Positions 12,031 through 22,504 of a stretch of DNA of 64,000 nt are shown piece after piece (positions within the stretch are counted from its first letter, which is position 1; each line of letters opens with the position of its first letter). The position numbers and the translations under genes were made by a program. The DNA is taken from assembly GCA_963727445.1 (NCBI GenBank), contig CAVSGI010000006.1, positions 384,001 through 448,000 on the forward strand, written 5' to 3'. The notes beneath the pieces were generated by a model that saw only the letters and a list, made by a program, of their open reading frames with translations, was not told the DNA's origin and ran no database searches. Source of the stretch: an uncultured delta proteobacterium. GTDB lineage: Bacteria; Myxococcota_A; Polyangia; Polyangiales; B10-G4.

Positions 12031-12482
12031 AGCGTCACCTGGGCCTGTTGTCACAAGAGGTGGTCGACCCCGGGCTCCTCTTGCCGGCGGCGGAGCGACG
12101 AGACACCGGTCGGCGGACCATCGGGGTCATCTCGGTGCTCCCCGCGGAGGCGTTCCTGGAGGTGCTTCAGGAGGCGCTCGTCGATGCGACGCTCCTCGTG
12201 GCCCCCGCGGGCGCGTCGGCCGAGGAGGTCGACGCGCTGATCGGCAACCCTCCAGAATCGGAGCAAGGGGGGGAGAGCCGCGTTCTGATCGCCTGTGGCG
12301 AGGCGGTGGTCGGGCGCTCGAAGGTCGACCTCTGCATCGCGATCGACGGCGGGCGCCATCGGGTCGACCTGCCGCCTGCCTTTCGCACGCTCCGCGACGA
12401 AGCGGAGCTGATCCTCTCCGAGCCGCGCCTCGGAACGGCGCGCGCGCTCGCTGCGCTTCTCGAGAGGGCCGACGCGCGGTGA
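12027..12482 (+). CDS. Hypothetical protein
   Basis: A GTG overlapping the upstream TGA opens [16 protein letters not shown]...; the stop overlaps the next start. Confidence 0.6.
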   Translation: MKRHLGLLSQEVVDPGLLLPAAERRDTGRRTIGVISVLPAEAFLEVLQEALVDATLLVAPAGASAEEVDALIGNPPESEQGGESRVLIACGEAVVGRSKVDLCIAIDGGRHRVDLPPAFRTLRDEAELILSEPRLGTARALAALLERADAR

Positions 12483-14542
12483 CCAATCGCCTCGCCCGCG
12501 AGCCCTCGCCCTACCTCGCACAGCACGGGGAAAACCCGGTCGATTGGTACCCCTGGGGACCCGAAGCGCTGACGCGCGCGAAGGACGAGGATCGCCCGAT
12601 CCTCTTGTCCATCGGCTACAGCGCCTGCCACTGGTGCCACGTGATGGAGCGCGAGTCCTTCGAGGACGCCCAGACCGCGGCGCTGATGAACCGCCTCTTC
12701 GTCAACGTGAAGGTGGACCGCGAAGAGCGGCCGGATCTGGACCAGATCTATCAGACGACGGTTCAGATCATGGGTCGCGGTGGCGGTTGGCCGCTGACCG
12801 TCTTTCTCACGCCCTCGCTTCGCCCCTTCTACGCCGGGACGTATTTCCCGCCCGCACCGCGACATGGGATGCCGTCGTTTCAGACGGTGCTCGGGGCGGT
12901 GGCCGACGCCTACGAAAACCGCCGCGCCGAGATCGAAGAGAGCGCGGCCGAGCTGACCCGGGTCATCGGCGAGGTCACGGCCGGCGCGCGCGACGCAGCG
13001 GACGTGCCGCCGGACCTTCTGGCGGAAGCCTCGCGGGTGCTCGCGGCCCGGAGCGACGAGACGCACGGCGGATTCGGTTCGGCTCCCAAGTTCCCGAACA
13101 GCCTCTGCCTCGACGTGCTGCTTCGCGCGCACCATGCGGGCGTGAGCTCCACCGCGCTCAGCGTGGTGACGAAAGCCCTAGACGCGATGCGCGCCGGCGG
13201 CGTCTACGATCAGATCGGCTGGGGCTTTCATCGCTACTCCACCGACGCCCGCTGGCGAGTGCCCCACTTCGAAAAGATGCTCTACGACAACGCCCTGTTG
13301 GCGGTGACCTACGTCGACGCCTTCCTCGTGACGGGCGAGGCGCGCTACGCCGAGACCGCGCGCGAGACCCTCGCCTGGGCGATGCGCGAGATGCGGGATC
13401 CGGCCGGGGGCTTCTACGCCGCTCGCGACGCCGACAGCGAGGGCGAGGAGGGGCGCTACTTCGTCTGGACACCCGAAGAGCTCGAGACCGTGCTGGGCGC
13501 CGAGCTCGCGGAGGTCGCGAAGATCCATTGGGGGGTCGCGCCTGGCGGTAACTTCGAAGGCGGCGCCACCGTCCTGTACCGCAATCGCGAGGTCGACGTG
13601 GTCGCGCGCCAGGTGAAAAAGGGCGCGGCGGAGACGAAAGAGGCGCTCGAAGAGGCGCGGCAGAAGCTCCTGAGAGCGCGGAGCGAGAGGGTGGCGCCGG
13701 CGCTGGACGACAAGGTCATCGCCGGCTGGAACGGGTTGATGATCGCCGCGCTCGCGCGCGCGGGTGCGGTCCTCGACGACGAGGCATTGACCTCCGCCGC
13801 ACGCGAAGCGCTCGACTTCGCAAAGCGCGCGCTCTTCGCGGAGGGTGAGCTCCTGCGCATCTACACGTCCCGCGGACGTGAGGACGACGAGGGCGAGGCG
13901 CGCATCGGGGCGTTCCTCGAGGACTACGGCGCCCTGGCAGACGCGGCCATCGACGTCCACCAGGCGACCTTCGATCCGCGCGCTCTCGATTTCGCGGATT
14001 CGCTCGTCCGCGCGGCGCTCGCGCGCTTCTGGGACGCCGAGGCGGGCGCCTTCCACTTCGCGGAGGCGAGCGACGAGCTGGTCGTCCGCGCCCACGACGT
14101 CTACGACGGCGCGACCCCTTCCGGCACCTCCACCCTCTGCAGCGCGCTCTTGCGTCTCGCCGCCCTTACGGGCGAGGCGGCCCACGCGGAGGTCGCCGAG
14201 CGCGCGCTCCGCGCCCTCGCGGGTCCGGTCGCGAAGAACCCCTTCGCCTTCGGTCACGCGATCTGCGCGATGGACCTCTACCTCCGCGGCGCGACCACCG
14301 TGGTGATCGTCGGCCGCGGCGACGACCCGAAAGTGGGCGAGCTCCTGAGCGCCGCGCGAAGCGTCTTCGACCCGAACCTCCTCGTGGCCCGCGCCCAGCC
14401 CGGCGACGAGGAGAGCCACGCCGCGCGCCTCCTGGGCGACGGCGCGACGCGGGAGGACGCGGCGGCCTTCGTCTGTAAGAACCGCACCTGCGGTCTGCCA
14501 CTCACGGACGCGGACGCGCTCCGCGAAGCTCTCGCGAGTTGA
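12479..14542 (+). CDS. YyaL/SSP411-family thioredoxin-domain protein (DUF255 + six-hairpin glycosidase-like)
   Basis: Motifs [43 protein letters not shown] and [11 protein letters not shown]. Confidence 0.92.
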   Translation: MTNRLAREPSPYLAQHGENPVDWYPWGPEALTRAKDEDRPILLSIGYSACHWCHVMERESFEDAQTAALMNRLFVNVKVDREERPDLDQIYQTTVQIMGRGGGWPLTVFLTPSLRPFYAGTYFPPAPRHGMPSFQTVLGAVADAYENRRAEIEESAAELTRVIGEVTAGARDAADVPPDLLAEASRVLAARSDETHGGFGSAPKFPNSLCLDVLLRAHHAGVSSTALSVVTKALDAMRAGGVYDQIGWGFHRYSTDARWRVPHFEKMLYDNALLAVTYVDAFLVTGEARYAETARETLAWAMREMRDPAGGFYAARDADSEGEEGRYFVWTPEELETVLGAELAEVAKIHWGVAPGGNFEGGATVLYRNREVDVVARQVKKGAAETKEALEEARQKLLRARSERVAPALDDKVIAGWNGLMIAALARAGAVLDDEALTSAAREALDFAKRALFAEGELLRIYTSRGREDDEGEARIGAFLEDYGALADAAIDVHQATFDPRALDFADSLVRAALARFWDAEAGAFHFAEASDELVVRAHDVYDGATPSGTSTLCSALLRLAALTGEAAHAEVAERALRALAGPVAKNPFAFGHAICAMDLYLRGATTVVIVGRGDDPKVGELLSAARSVFDPNLLVARAQPGDEESHAARLLGDGATREDAAAFVCKNRTCGLPLTDADALREALAS

Positions 14543-14545
14543 GCC

Positions 14546-15694
14546 TCAATGCGGGAGGCGGCCCTCGTCGTCGAGCTGCATGTTCCAGTGAAGGCGGTCG
14601 CGGAGGTTCGGCGTGACCACCACTTCGAAGTCGGAGGTGACGATCACCGCGCCGGTCTCGCCGGGAACGCGGTCGAGCATCTCGATGCACTTCTCGGCGC
14701 CGAGAACGAAGCAGGCGGTGGAGAGCGCGTCACCGTAGACGCCGCTCGGCGCGATCACCGTGACCGAGAGGGTGTGCTCGACCGGCAGCCCGGTGCTGGT
14801 GTCGAGGATGTGGTGCCAGCGCTTGCCTTCCTCGTCGATGAAGAAGTGCTCGTAGTCACCCGAGGTGGAGATGGTGCCTTCGGTGGCCTCGAGGAAGGCG
14901 AAGTAGTCGTCGCGCCGCGGGTGCTGGATGCCCACGCGCCAGGGGCGGTCTCCGCGCATGCCGTGCACCTGCACCTGTCCGCCTCCGAAGAGCATGAAGC
15001 TCTCCATCCCGCGCTCCCTCAGGATGTCCGCTGCGCGATCGAGGGAGTAGCCCTTGCCGATCCCGCCGGTGCCGATCTCCATGCCCTCCATGCCGAGGCG
15101 GACGGTGTAGTTCTCCTCGTCGAGCTCGATGCGGTGATAGTCGATGAGACGCAGCCGCGGCGTGACCTCGCTGCGCTCGGGGATGTGCTTCGACTCCGGT
15201 CGGAAGTCGTAGAGCCCTCGGAGGGCAGCCCAGGACAGGTCGAAGGCACCGTTCGACCAATCGCCGACCTGTACGCCCGCCTTCACCACCCGGAAGGTGT
15301 CGGGGCTGACTCGAACGGGCTCGCCACCGGCGCTGTCGTTGATACGGGAGATCTCGCTGTCCTCGCGCCACTCCGAGAGCACGACCTCGAGCCGTTCAAT
15401 CTCGTCGAGGGCCGCTTCGACCGCGGGTGCGGCCGTGGAGTCCGGCTCGCCCGCGACGGTGATCTGGAAGATGGTGCCCATCATCGGGCGGCTCGCCTTG
15501 TAGAGGCGGACGTCGTTCGGATCGTGGGGCGCGGTCTCCTCGGGAGGCGCTGTCGGGACCACCTCGGAGAGCCCGTCCTCTACCGGGCGCTCGTCCTGGC
15601 AGTCCTGGCAGGCGCTCGCCGCGAGGGCCGCGGCGGTGGCCAGCACCACCGAGAGCGAGATGCGACGGATGCGGGAGGCCGCGCGGCGCTTCAC
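14546..15694 (-). CDS. apbE: FAD:protein FMN transferase (ApbE family lipoprotein)
   Basis: Motifs MGT, DSEISRIN, GAFD, GGIGKGY, PWRVGIQHP, STSGDYE, HHILD and DALSTA. Confidence 0.92.
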   Translation of the reverse strand: MKRRAASRIRRISLSVVLATAAALAASACQDCQDERPVEDGLSEVVPTAPPEETAPHDPNDVRLYKASRPMMGTIFQITVAGEPDSTAAPAVEAALDEIERLEVVLSEWREDSEISRINDSAGGEPVRVSPDTFRVVKAGVQVGDWSNGAFDLSWAALRGLYDFRPESKHIPERSEVTPRLRLIDYHRIELDEENYTVRLGMEGMEIGTGGIGKGYSLDRAADILRERGMESFMLFGGGQVQVHGMRGDRPWRVGIQHPRRDDYFAFLEATEGTISTSGDYEHFFIDEEGKRWHHILDTSTGLPVEHTLSVTVIAPSGVYGDALSTACFVLGAEKCIEMLDRVPGETGAVIVTSDFEVVVTPNLRDRLHWNMQLDDEGRLPH

Positions 15695-16353
15695 GGGAAT
15701 CGGACCTGGAAGCCGCCGGTGAGATCGATCGTGACCGCGAAGGCGCGGAGGAAGGCGAGGGAGACGCCCAGCTGCGTGTAGATCCCGATGTAACGCAGGA
15801 AGTCGTATTGCAGTCCGAACTCACCGCGGAGGCCGAAGTCGACGTTGGTCCAACCCGCGATGTTGCTCGAGGTGAGGTCGAGGATGACCCGCGCGCCGAA
15901 GAAGACGGAGAAGGCATCGAAGGGGCTGTTGTAGCCGCGGATCCCGAGCCCGAGCAGGACGGGGTGGCTGCTGGTGACGTCGTCCTCGGTCAGACCGAAG
16001 CGGGTCAGAAAGCTCACCTCCGCCCCGTCGGTGATGCCGAAGCTCAGCTCGACGTCCATGAGCGGCGTGCCGAAGCCGCGGCAGAAGGTCTCTCCCGGGT
16101 TGGTGCTGCACACCGGGCCGTCGCCGTACTTCACGGCAAAGATGAAGGGCATGCCCGCGCCCACGCGAAGGCCCACCTGATACTTGTGGCTGAGCTCCGC
16201 GGTGCCGTCCACGTCCGTGCCCGGGGCCTCTTCCTCCGCCGATGGGTGGGGCGCCGGGTTGGGGTCGCTCGGCGTCGCGTCCTGGGCACGAGCGATGCCG
16301 GCCATGGACGACCAGGCGAGCATCGCGAGGAGGAGGATTCTTCGAGGTGTCAT
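15691..16353 (-). CDS. Secreted/outer-membrane beta-barrel-like hypothetical protein
   Basis: Signal peptide MTPRRILLLAML...ARA, alternating hydrophobic strands, C-terminal GFQVRFP. Confidence 0.6.
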   Translation of the reverse strand: MTPRRILLLAMLAWSSMAGIARAQDATPSDPNPAPHPSAEEEAPGTDVDGTAELSHKYQVGLRVGAGMPFIFAVKYGDGPVCSTNPGETFCRGFGTPLMDVELSFGITDGAEVSFLTRFGLTEDDVTSSHPVLLGLGIRGYNSPFDAFSVFFGARVILDLTSSNIAGWTNVDFGLRGEFGLQYDFLRYIGIYTQLGVSLAFLRAFAVTIDLTGGFQVRFP

Positions 16354-16396
16354 CTCACATCCCAAGCCCGCGAACCTGCTAGGCTGAAGCGCCGCG

Positions 16397-17181
16397 ATGC
16401 TATCGGACCACTCGGAGCGGGACAAGATCACCCGGGTCGCCTTCACCCTCGCGGCGGCCCTGATCCTGAGCGCGCTCTGTCCAATCGGCGCCGAGGCGCT
16501 CGGGGAAACCACCCTCTTCGACGTGCGGCAGGTCGTCTACGGCCCCGCGTCCCGGCCGCGCGAGACGGCGGCGCGTCGCCTCTCCTGGGAGGTGCGCAAG
16601 CGCACCAGCATCGAGACGCGCCTCAGGCCCACCGAGGCGCGCCTCGACGATCCTTCGATCTTCGAGACGCCCTTTCTCTACTGGGCGGGGGACGCGGAGT
16701 TCGAGCCGCTGTCGCGTCGCGGAGATCACGGGCCTGCGGCGTTTCGTCGAGTTCGGCGGCTTCGTCCTCATCGACGACGCCTCCCCCGAGGGCAGCGGCT
16801 TCGACAGCTCCGTGCGCCGCGCGCTCTCCCGCGCGTTCCCGGATTCGCCGCCGACGCCCCTGTCCAGCAGCCACACCATCTACCGTTCTTTCTACCTGCT
16901 CGATCGTCCCGTGGGCCGGGTGCGGGGACCGGCGGCCAGCTCGCGCCATCGAGCACGGCGGCCGGGAGGCGGTGGTCTACAGCCGCCACGATCTCGGCGG
17001 CGCGTGGGCGCGCGACAACCTCGGCACCTGGGAGCACGCGGTGACGCCCGGCGGCGAGCAGCAGCGCGAGAGCGCCATCCGGCTCGGCGTGAACATCGTG
17101 ATGTACGCGCTCTGCCTCGACTACAAGGACGATCAGGTCCACGCGCCGTTCATCATGCGGCGTCGCGGCCCGGTGCCCTGA
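16397..17181 (+). CDS. DUF4159 domain protein, two apparent frameshifts (~16715, ~16945)
   Basis: Joined frames give PFLYWAGD...FVEFGGFVLIDD...HTIYRSFYLL...VVYSRHDLGGAW...AIRLGVNIVMYAL. Confidence 0.75.
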
Positions 17182-17203
17182 GCGCTGTCGGTCACGCATT
17201 CTG

Positions 17204-19441
17204 ATGGAGACCTACCGCTTCGATCTCGCCGTCCCCGGCGGGGTGATCACCGCCGTGGTGCTCGGCGCCCTGCTGCGCGGCGGTGGTGGCGGTCGGGCTG
17301 ATCGAGCTTCGCCGCGATGGCCGCAGGAAGCGCGCGCTGATCCTCGGCGGCCTCCGGCTCGCGACTGCGCTCCTCGCCTTCGGTGTGGCGGTGCAACCCA
17401 CCTGGACGGGGGAGCGCTTCGCCCAGGAAGACGGGCGGCTCGCGGTGCTGGTGGACGCCTCGCGGAGCATGTCGGTGGTCGTCGACGACGAATCGCGGGC
17501 CGCGCAGGTTCAGGCGCTCTTGCGACGCTGGCAGGACGCGTTTGGGGCCGAGAGCGCGACGGTCTATCGCTTCGGCAAGGAGGCGCACCTCGACAGCCTC
17601 GAGGGCCTCGCCGAGTCGCTCGCGCCCACCGAGGACGAGACGGAGATCGCCCCGTCGCTGCGCCAGCTCCTCGGGGGGGACGAGGGCACGCGACCTCGGC
17701 GCGGTGATCGTCGTATCGGACGGAGCGGATACGCCGACGGAGGAGGATCCCGCTTACCTCGCGCGCACGCGGTGCGCGCATCCACACCGTGGCGGTCGGG
17801 GCGGACGAGGACCTCGTGGATGACGCCATCGCGACGGTGCAGGCGGACGAGATCGGGTTCTTGCGCCAGTCGGCGCGGGTGCGCGTGGTGGTGCGCACGA
17901 ACCGCGGTGAAGGTGTGGAGATCCCCGTGGCGCTCTCCCTCGGCGAAGAGGTCGTGCGCCAGGCCGTGGCGCGAAGCGACGCGCACGGCGAGGCGGTGGC
18001 GGAGATCGCCTTCACGCCGAACGAGCTCGGTCGCGGTGTCTATCGGCTGACGATCCCTCTCGCGCCTGGGGACGTCATCCCCGAGAACAACGAGCGGGTC
18101 TTTCTGGTGCGCGTCACCCGCGACAAGCTCCGCGTTCTGCTGGTCGCCGGCCGCCCCAGCTGGGACGAGCGCTTCCTTCGCTCGTTCCTCAAGCGCGATC
18201 CGGCCATCGATCTCATCTCCTTCTTCATCTTGCGGACGGGCGCCGACCTCACCATGGCCGCGCCCGACGAGCTCGCGCTGATCCCCTTTCCCACCGACGA
18301 GCTCTTCAGCGAGCACCTCGGCAGCTTCGACCTGGTCTTCTTCCAGAACTTCGAGTTCGGCCCCTATCAGATGGCGGGCTACCTTCCGCGGATCCGCGAC
18401 TACGTCATGCGCGGCGGGGGGTTCGCGATGATCGGCGGCGACCTCTCCTTCGGCTCCGGCGGCTACGCCGAGACGCCGCTCAGCGAGATCCTTCCGGTGC
18501 AGATGCCGCCGGCGGGGACGCCCGAGACGCGCGCCATCGTGACCGGCCGCTTTTCGCCGATGCTCTCCCCGGAGCTGTCGCGTCATCCGCTGCTGTCGCT
18601 GTTGCCGGACCCGCCCGCGAACGCCGAGGCCTGGGCGCGCCTCGCGCCCCTCGAAGGTGCGAACGCGATCACCGGCCTCGCCCGCGACGGCCAGGCGCTC
18701 CTCTTCCACCCGGAGCGGAGGCTGCCGGGCGGTGAGCGGATGCCGCTCCTCGCGGTGGGGACCGCGGGCCGGGGCCGCACCCTCGCCTTCGGCACCGACA
18801 CCAGTTACCGCTGGGGCATCTCCACGGGCGGCGCCACCGGCGACGCCTCGGCCTACGAGCGCTTCTGGGATCGGGCGATCCGCTGGCTCACCAAGGACCC
18901 GACCCTCGAGCCCGCCCAGATCACCACCGATCGGCCGCGCTACGGCGTGGGCGCCGACGTCCGCGTGACGGCGGTGCTCCGCGACGCGCGCTACGAGCCG
19001 CTCGCCGGGCGCACGGTGCGTCTGGCCCTGGTCTCGGCCGACGGGAGCGAGGTGGAGGGGCAGGAGGTCGTCACCGACGCGAACGGCGCCGCCGAGGTCA
19101 CCCTCGACGGGCCGGAGCTTCCGGGGGGCTACCGCGCGGTGGCGCGCCTCGCCGACGAGGTGACGCCGCTGGCGGAAGAGGGGTTCGTGGTCGAGTCCGG
19201 GGGAGACGAGCTCGCGCGACCCGCGGCGCGGCCCGAGGTGCTCGCGGAGCTCTCGGAGCGCACGCGCGGGAGCGCGTATCGGATCGAGGACGCCCCCGCC
19301 CTCGATCGCTTCGACACCACGCGCACGCGATCGCTCGGGACCGAGTCCCTGGCGCCGCTGTCGAGCTTTTGGGCATTCCTCGCCCTGGTCCTGCTCTTCG
19401 GCGCGGAGTGGATCCTGCGGCGCGCCTGGGGCCGACGCTGA
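17204..19441 (+). CDS. Membrane protein with vWA-like and class I glutamine-amidotransferase-like domains, frameshifted in the 5' part
   Basis: VLVDASRSM in one frame, IVVSDG in another, then LRVLLVAGRPSWDERFLR...GGGFAMIGG and a C-terminal TM ending AEWILRRAWG; usual partner of DUF4159. Confidence 0.72.
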
Positions 19442-19460
19442 GTTGCGCTATATTGTCGGT

Positions 19461-20204
19461 ATGTCCTCGCTTCGTTTCTCCTTCGCCCTCGCGGTCGTCG
19501 TCCTGATCGCCACCGGCTGCGAGGAGAAGATGCACGCCCCCCCGGTGCCCCCGAGCGACGGGTCGACGCGGGACGTGTCGATCTCGCCGCCCCCGCCGAC
19601 GCGGAGGGACAGCGGGATGGACGGGGCGGCGATGGACGGCTCGGCGGATGCGTCGTTGGACGCGGACCTGGATGCCGACTTGGATGCCGACGCGGCGCTG
19701 CCGCTCGGCTGCTTCGCGGCGGGCGCGGCGACCGGCACCGACGCGACGATCATGAGCGGGGGCACGGACTTCCCCTTCGCGGTGACGCGCAGCTTCGCGA
19801 CCTGGGACCCGCTGTTCTGCGACACCACACCGCACAAGATCGTCGTCGGTCTGACCGAGGGCTCGTGCACCCCCGTCTCCGGTGACCAGCAGCTCGTGTT
19901 CTCGCTCGAGGAAGATGCCATCGGGACGACGCTCAACCTCGGCCCCAACTCGCTCCAGGAAGAGCCCACCTCGCTCGGGCTCACCGTTCGCTTCCGCGCG
20001 AGCGGAGAGGTGTGGGGCACGTGCCCCGGCTCGTCGGGGACCGTCACCTTCGACGCGATCACTGCCCTCGTAGGCGAGCGGCTCACGGCCCGCTACGACA
20101 TGATCCTGACCGATTGCACCTCGCCCACCGATTCACCCTCTCTGATGGTGACCGGCACCTTCGACGTTCCCCTCGACATCTCCTTCGAAACCGCGTGTCT
20201 CTGA
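19461..20204 (+). CDS. Hypothetical lipoprotein
   Basis: Lipobox IATGC followed by a DA/DG-rich linker. Confidence 0.7.
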   Translation: MSSLRFSFALAVVVLIATGCEEKMHAPPVPPSDGSTRDVSISPPPPTRRDSGMDGAAMDGSADASLDADLDADLDADAALPLGCFAAGAATGTDATIMSGGTDFPFAVTRSFATWDPLFCDTTPHKIVVGLTEGSCTPVSGDQQLVFSLEEDAIGTTLNLGPNSLQEEPTSLGLTVRFRASGEVWGTCPGSSGTVTFDAITALVGERLTARYDMILTDCTSPTDSPSLMVTGTFDVPLDISFETACL

Positions 20205-20205
20205 C

Positions 20206-20787
20206 ATGTTCCGACCGATCGCTCTCGCTGCCGCGCTCGCACTGATGGCTCTCGCCTGCGGCCGCACCCGCACGCCCCCACCGCACCCGCCCGCGGACGC
20301 TTCGTCCGATGCGGCGGACGGCGGCGGTGACGCCGACGCGGCGACCGAGTGCGCACCCCTCGGTCCGGCCGCCTGCCTCGCCGCGGGCTGCATCCCCACC
20401 TACGACGACACTTGCTGTCCGGCCTGTACGCCGATCGGCGCGTGTGCGGATTGCACCAACCCGGACTTCTTCATCTGCCGCACGATGGAGGACGCGTGCA
20501 CCGGGAGCTTCTGCAGCGTCCCCGCGGCCGGCACGTGTGACGCGCCCTCCGTGGATTGCACGAGCACCATGCCCTTCGACGAGGACTCGTGCTCGCTCCC
20601 CGGCTGCGTGCCCGTGGTCGCGGCGGTGGGAGACCCGGAGCTCCCGCCGACTTGCGTGGCCATCAGCGCCGAAAGCTGCACGGTCTCGTGTCGCAGCCTG
20701 CCGCCGGAGTGCCCGGACGGAACCACCGCCGAGGGCGACGGCAGCTGCTGGACCGGCCAGTGCATTCCGGCGTCTGTTTGTAGCTGA
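20206..20787 (+). CDS. Cys-rich hypothetical lipoprotein
   Basis: Lipobox ALAC and many regularly spaced Cys residues. Confidence 0.7.
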   Translation: MFRPIALAAALALMALACGRTRTPPPHPPADASSDAADGGGDADAATECAPLGPAACLAAGCIPTYDDTCCPACTPIGACADCTNPDFFICRTMEDACTGSFCSVPAAGTCDAPSVDCTSTMPFDEDSCSLPGCVPVVAAVGDPELPPTCVAISAESCTVSCRSLPPECPDGTTAEGDGSCWTGQCIPASVCS

Positions 20788-20816
20788 CGCGCCCCGGGGG
20801 GTGAACGGGGGAGGAG

Positions 20817-20958
20817 GCATCGGGCGGCGCCCGATGCTGGGGAACGGGAGCGGGAACGGGAACGGGCACGTGGCTGTAGCCGTGCATGGCGGAGCGGACG
20901 GCAGTCCGCGGAGCTGCACGGGTACAGGCTCGTCGACGCATCGGGCGCAGCCCGATGC
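20817..20958. repeat. Two copies of a 21-nt REP-like palindrome GCATCGGGC-N3-GCCCGATGC (20817-20837, 20938-20958)
   Basis: Perfect 9-bp stems with 3-nt loops, each followed by a hexamer tract. Confidence 0.85.
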
Positions 20959-20964
20959 TAGTCA

Positions 20965-21187
20965 ACGGGAGCGTGAACGGGAGCGGGAGGGGGAACGGGA
21001 ACGGGAGCGTGAACGTGAACGGGAACGTGAACGTGAACGGGAGCGGGAACGGGAACGGGAGCGGGAACGGGAGCGTGAGCGTGAACGGGAGCGTGAACGT
21101 GAATGGGAACGTGAACGTGAACGTGAACGGGAGGGGGAACGGGAACGGGAGCGGGAACGGGAACGTGAACGGGAGCGGGGATGGGAG
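20965..21187 (+). repeat. Hexamer tandem array CG(G/T)GA(A/G), ~37 units
   Basis: Runs of CGGGAA/CGGGAG/CGTGAA/CGTGAG are directly visible. Confidence 0.95.
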
Positions 21188-21213
21188 TGCGCGGCTCGGT
21201 GGGTCGTCTGATC

Positions 21214-21282
21214 GTGTTTCTTGGTCATCGCTGAGACCCCTTCTGGGTTGGGAAAGGGGTCTCAGCGATGACCAAGAAACAC
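21214..21282 (+). promoter_or_regulatory. Perfect 29-bp inverted repeat covering the RBS and ATG of the four-helix-bundle gene
   Basis: GTGTTTCTTGGTCATCGCTGAGACCCCTT (21214-21242) pairs with AAGGGGTCTCAGCGATGACCAAGAAACAC (21254-21282), 11-nt loop; regulatory role is inferred. Confidence 0.8.
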
Positions 21283-21609
21283 TCTGATTCGATGATTCAT
21301 CACGACTTGCGTGTCTGGCAGCGGGCGCGAGCCCTCGTGCAGCTCGTGTATGCGAACCTGCCGGCCGATGCGGAGCTTCGGTCGCAGGTGAAGCGGGCTT
21401 CGACTTCGGTCGGGGCGAACATCGCCGAGGGTTGCACGCAGAGCTCGCGGGCGATGCGGCGCAAGCACTACGAGATTGCCCGCGGTTCGGCCGTGGAGAC
21501 CGTGGCGTGCTTCGAGTTGGCGGAGGCGACGGGGGATCGGCTACCGGTCGAGGAAGTCCGCAGCCACGGGGCGGCGATCGCCGCGATGCTCACCAGGATG
21601 CTGCGGTGA
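21268..21609 (+). CDS. Four helix bundle protein (23S rRNA-IVS / Avd-like family)
   Basis: Family motifs LRVWQRA...QVKRASTSVGANIAEG...IARGSAVE. Confidence 0.9.
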   Translation: MTKKHSDSMIHHDLRVWQRARALVQLVYANLPADAELRSQVKRASTSVGANIAEGCTQSSRAMRRKHYEIARGSAVETVACFELAEATGDRLPVEEVRSHGAAIAAMLTRMLR

Positions 21610-21617
21610 AGCACTCT

Positions 21618-21645
21618 GAGCCCGGAGGGGTTTCCCTCCGGGCTC
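21618..21645. terminator. GC-rich hairpin between the convergent four-helix-bundle genes
   Basis: GAGCCCGGAGGG-gttt-CCCTCCGGGCTC, 12-bp stem; no clear U-tract. Confidence 0.6.
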
Positions 21646-21652
21646 GGGTGGC

Positions 21653-21979
21653 TCAGCGATGGATCATGCGAAAGAGGGTGGCGGCGGCATGATCGAAATG
21701 GTCCTCGGCGGCGTTGCACTCCGCCGCGCTCAGATAGCCCCAGGCCACGGCGATGCGCAGCGCCTGTCTGGCTTCTCTCGCTGAGTTCATCGCGACCGAG
21801 AGCCGCTCGGGCCGATGCCCTTTTCGCCCCCACTCGCCCTCGGCCGCGTTGAGCGCCGCCGAGCTGGCGGCGCGCCGCAGCTGCGACGCGAGGTCGCGGT
21901 CTTCGTGTTGGATCCTTTCGGCCAGTGGCCGGGTGGCCTCGATGGCTTCGAGGAGGATGTCGTGTACCAGCTTGCTCAT
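21653..21979 (-). CDS. Four helix bundle protein (second, divergent copy)
   Basis: DLASQLRRAASSAALNAAEG...AMNSAREARQALRIAVAWGYL; AAGGAG RBS upstream. Confidence 0.88.
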   Translation of the reverse strand: MSKLVHDILLEAIEATRPLAERIQHEDRDLASQLRRAASSAALNAAEGEWGRKGHRPERLSVAMNSAREARQALRIAVAWGYLSAAECNAAEDHFDHAAATLFRMIHR

Positions 21980-21984
21980 GAGGG

Positions 21985-22055
21985 GTTGCTCCTTCCGCCC
22001 ACGTCAGGGGCTTCGCCCCGCCCGAAGGGCCCCTGACGTGGGCGGAAGGAGCAAC
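21985..22055 (-). promoter_or_regulatory. Perfect 26-bp inverted repeat covering the RBS of the second four-helix-bundle gene
   Basis: GTTGCTCCTTCCGCCCACGTCAGGGG (21985-22010) pairs with CCCCTGACGTGGGCGGAAGGAGCAAC (22030-22055); the minus-strand AAGGAG lies in the stem. Confidence 0.8.
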
Positions 22056-22057
22056 GC

Positions 22058-22408
22058 CGGGCGTTGGCCGCAACCTCGCGACTTGCGACCGCCTGGCGGT
22101 CACGACTGCGGGCGTTGGCCGCAACGTCGGGACTTGCGACCGCCTGGCGGTCACGACGGCGGGCGTTGGCCGCAACGTCGGGACTTGCGACCGCCTGGCG
22201 GTCACAACGGCGGGCGTTGAGCGCAACGTCGGGACTTGCGACCGCCTGGCGGTCACAACGGCGGGCGTTGGCCGCAACGTCGGGACTTGCGACCGCCTGG
22301 CGGTCACAACGGCGGGCGTTGAGCGCAACGTAGGGACTTGCGACCGCATGGCGGTCACAACGGCGCGCGTTGACCGCAACGTAGGGACTTGCGACCGCAT
22401 GGCGGTCA
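22058..22408. repeat. 51-bp tandem array, ~7 copies, two palindromes per unit
   Basis: Units start at 22058, 22109, 22160, 22211, 22262, 22313 and 22364; each contains CGTTG-N4-CAACG and GACCGCC-T-GGCGGTC. Confidence 0.95.
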
Positions 22409-22504
22409 ACTAACTCCGATGGGAATGATCCCGCTCCCGTTCTCTGTCCCCACTCACCCACCCATTCCCAGTCCCAGACCCAAGCGCAGCATGGGGTCGA
22501 GACG

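Noticed and set aside
21268..21979. Diversity-generating retroelement or 23S rRNA intervening sequence
   Set aside because: No reverse transcriptase, no TR/VR pair with adenine-specific differences, and no rRNA sequence flanking the genes
22058..22408. 51-bp array as a CRISPR array
   Set aside because: Units are contiguous with no unique spacers, and no cas genes are in the window
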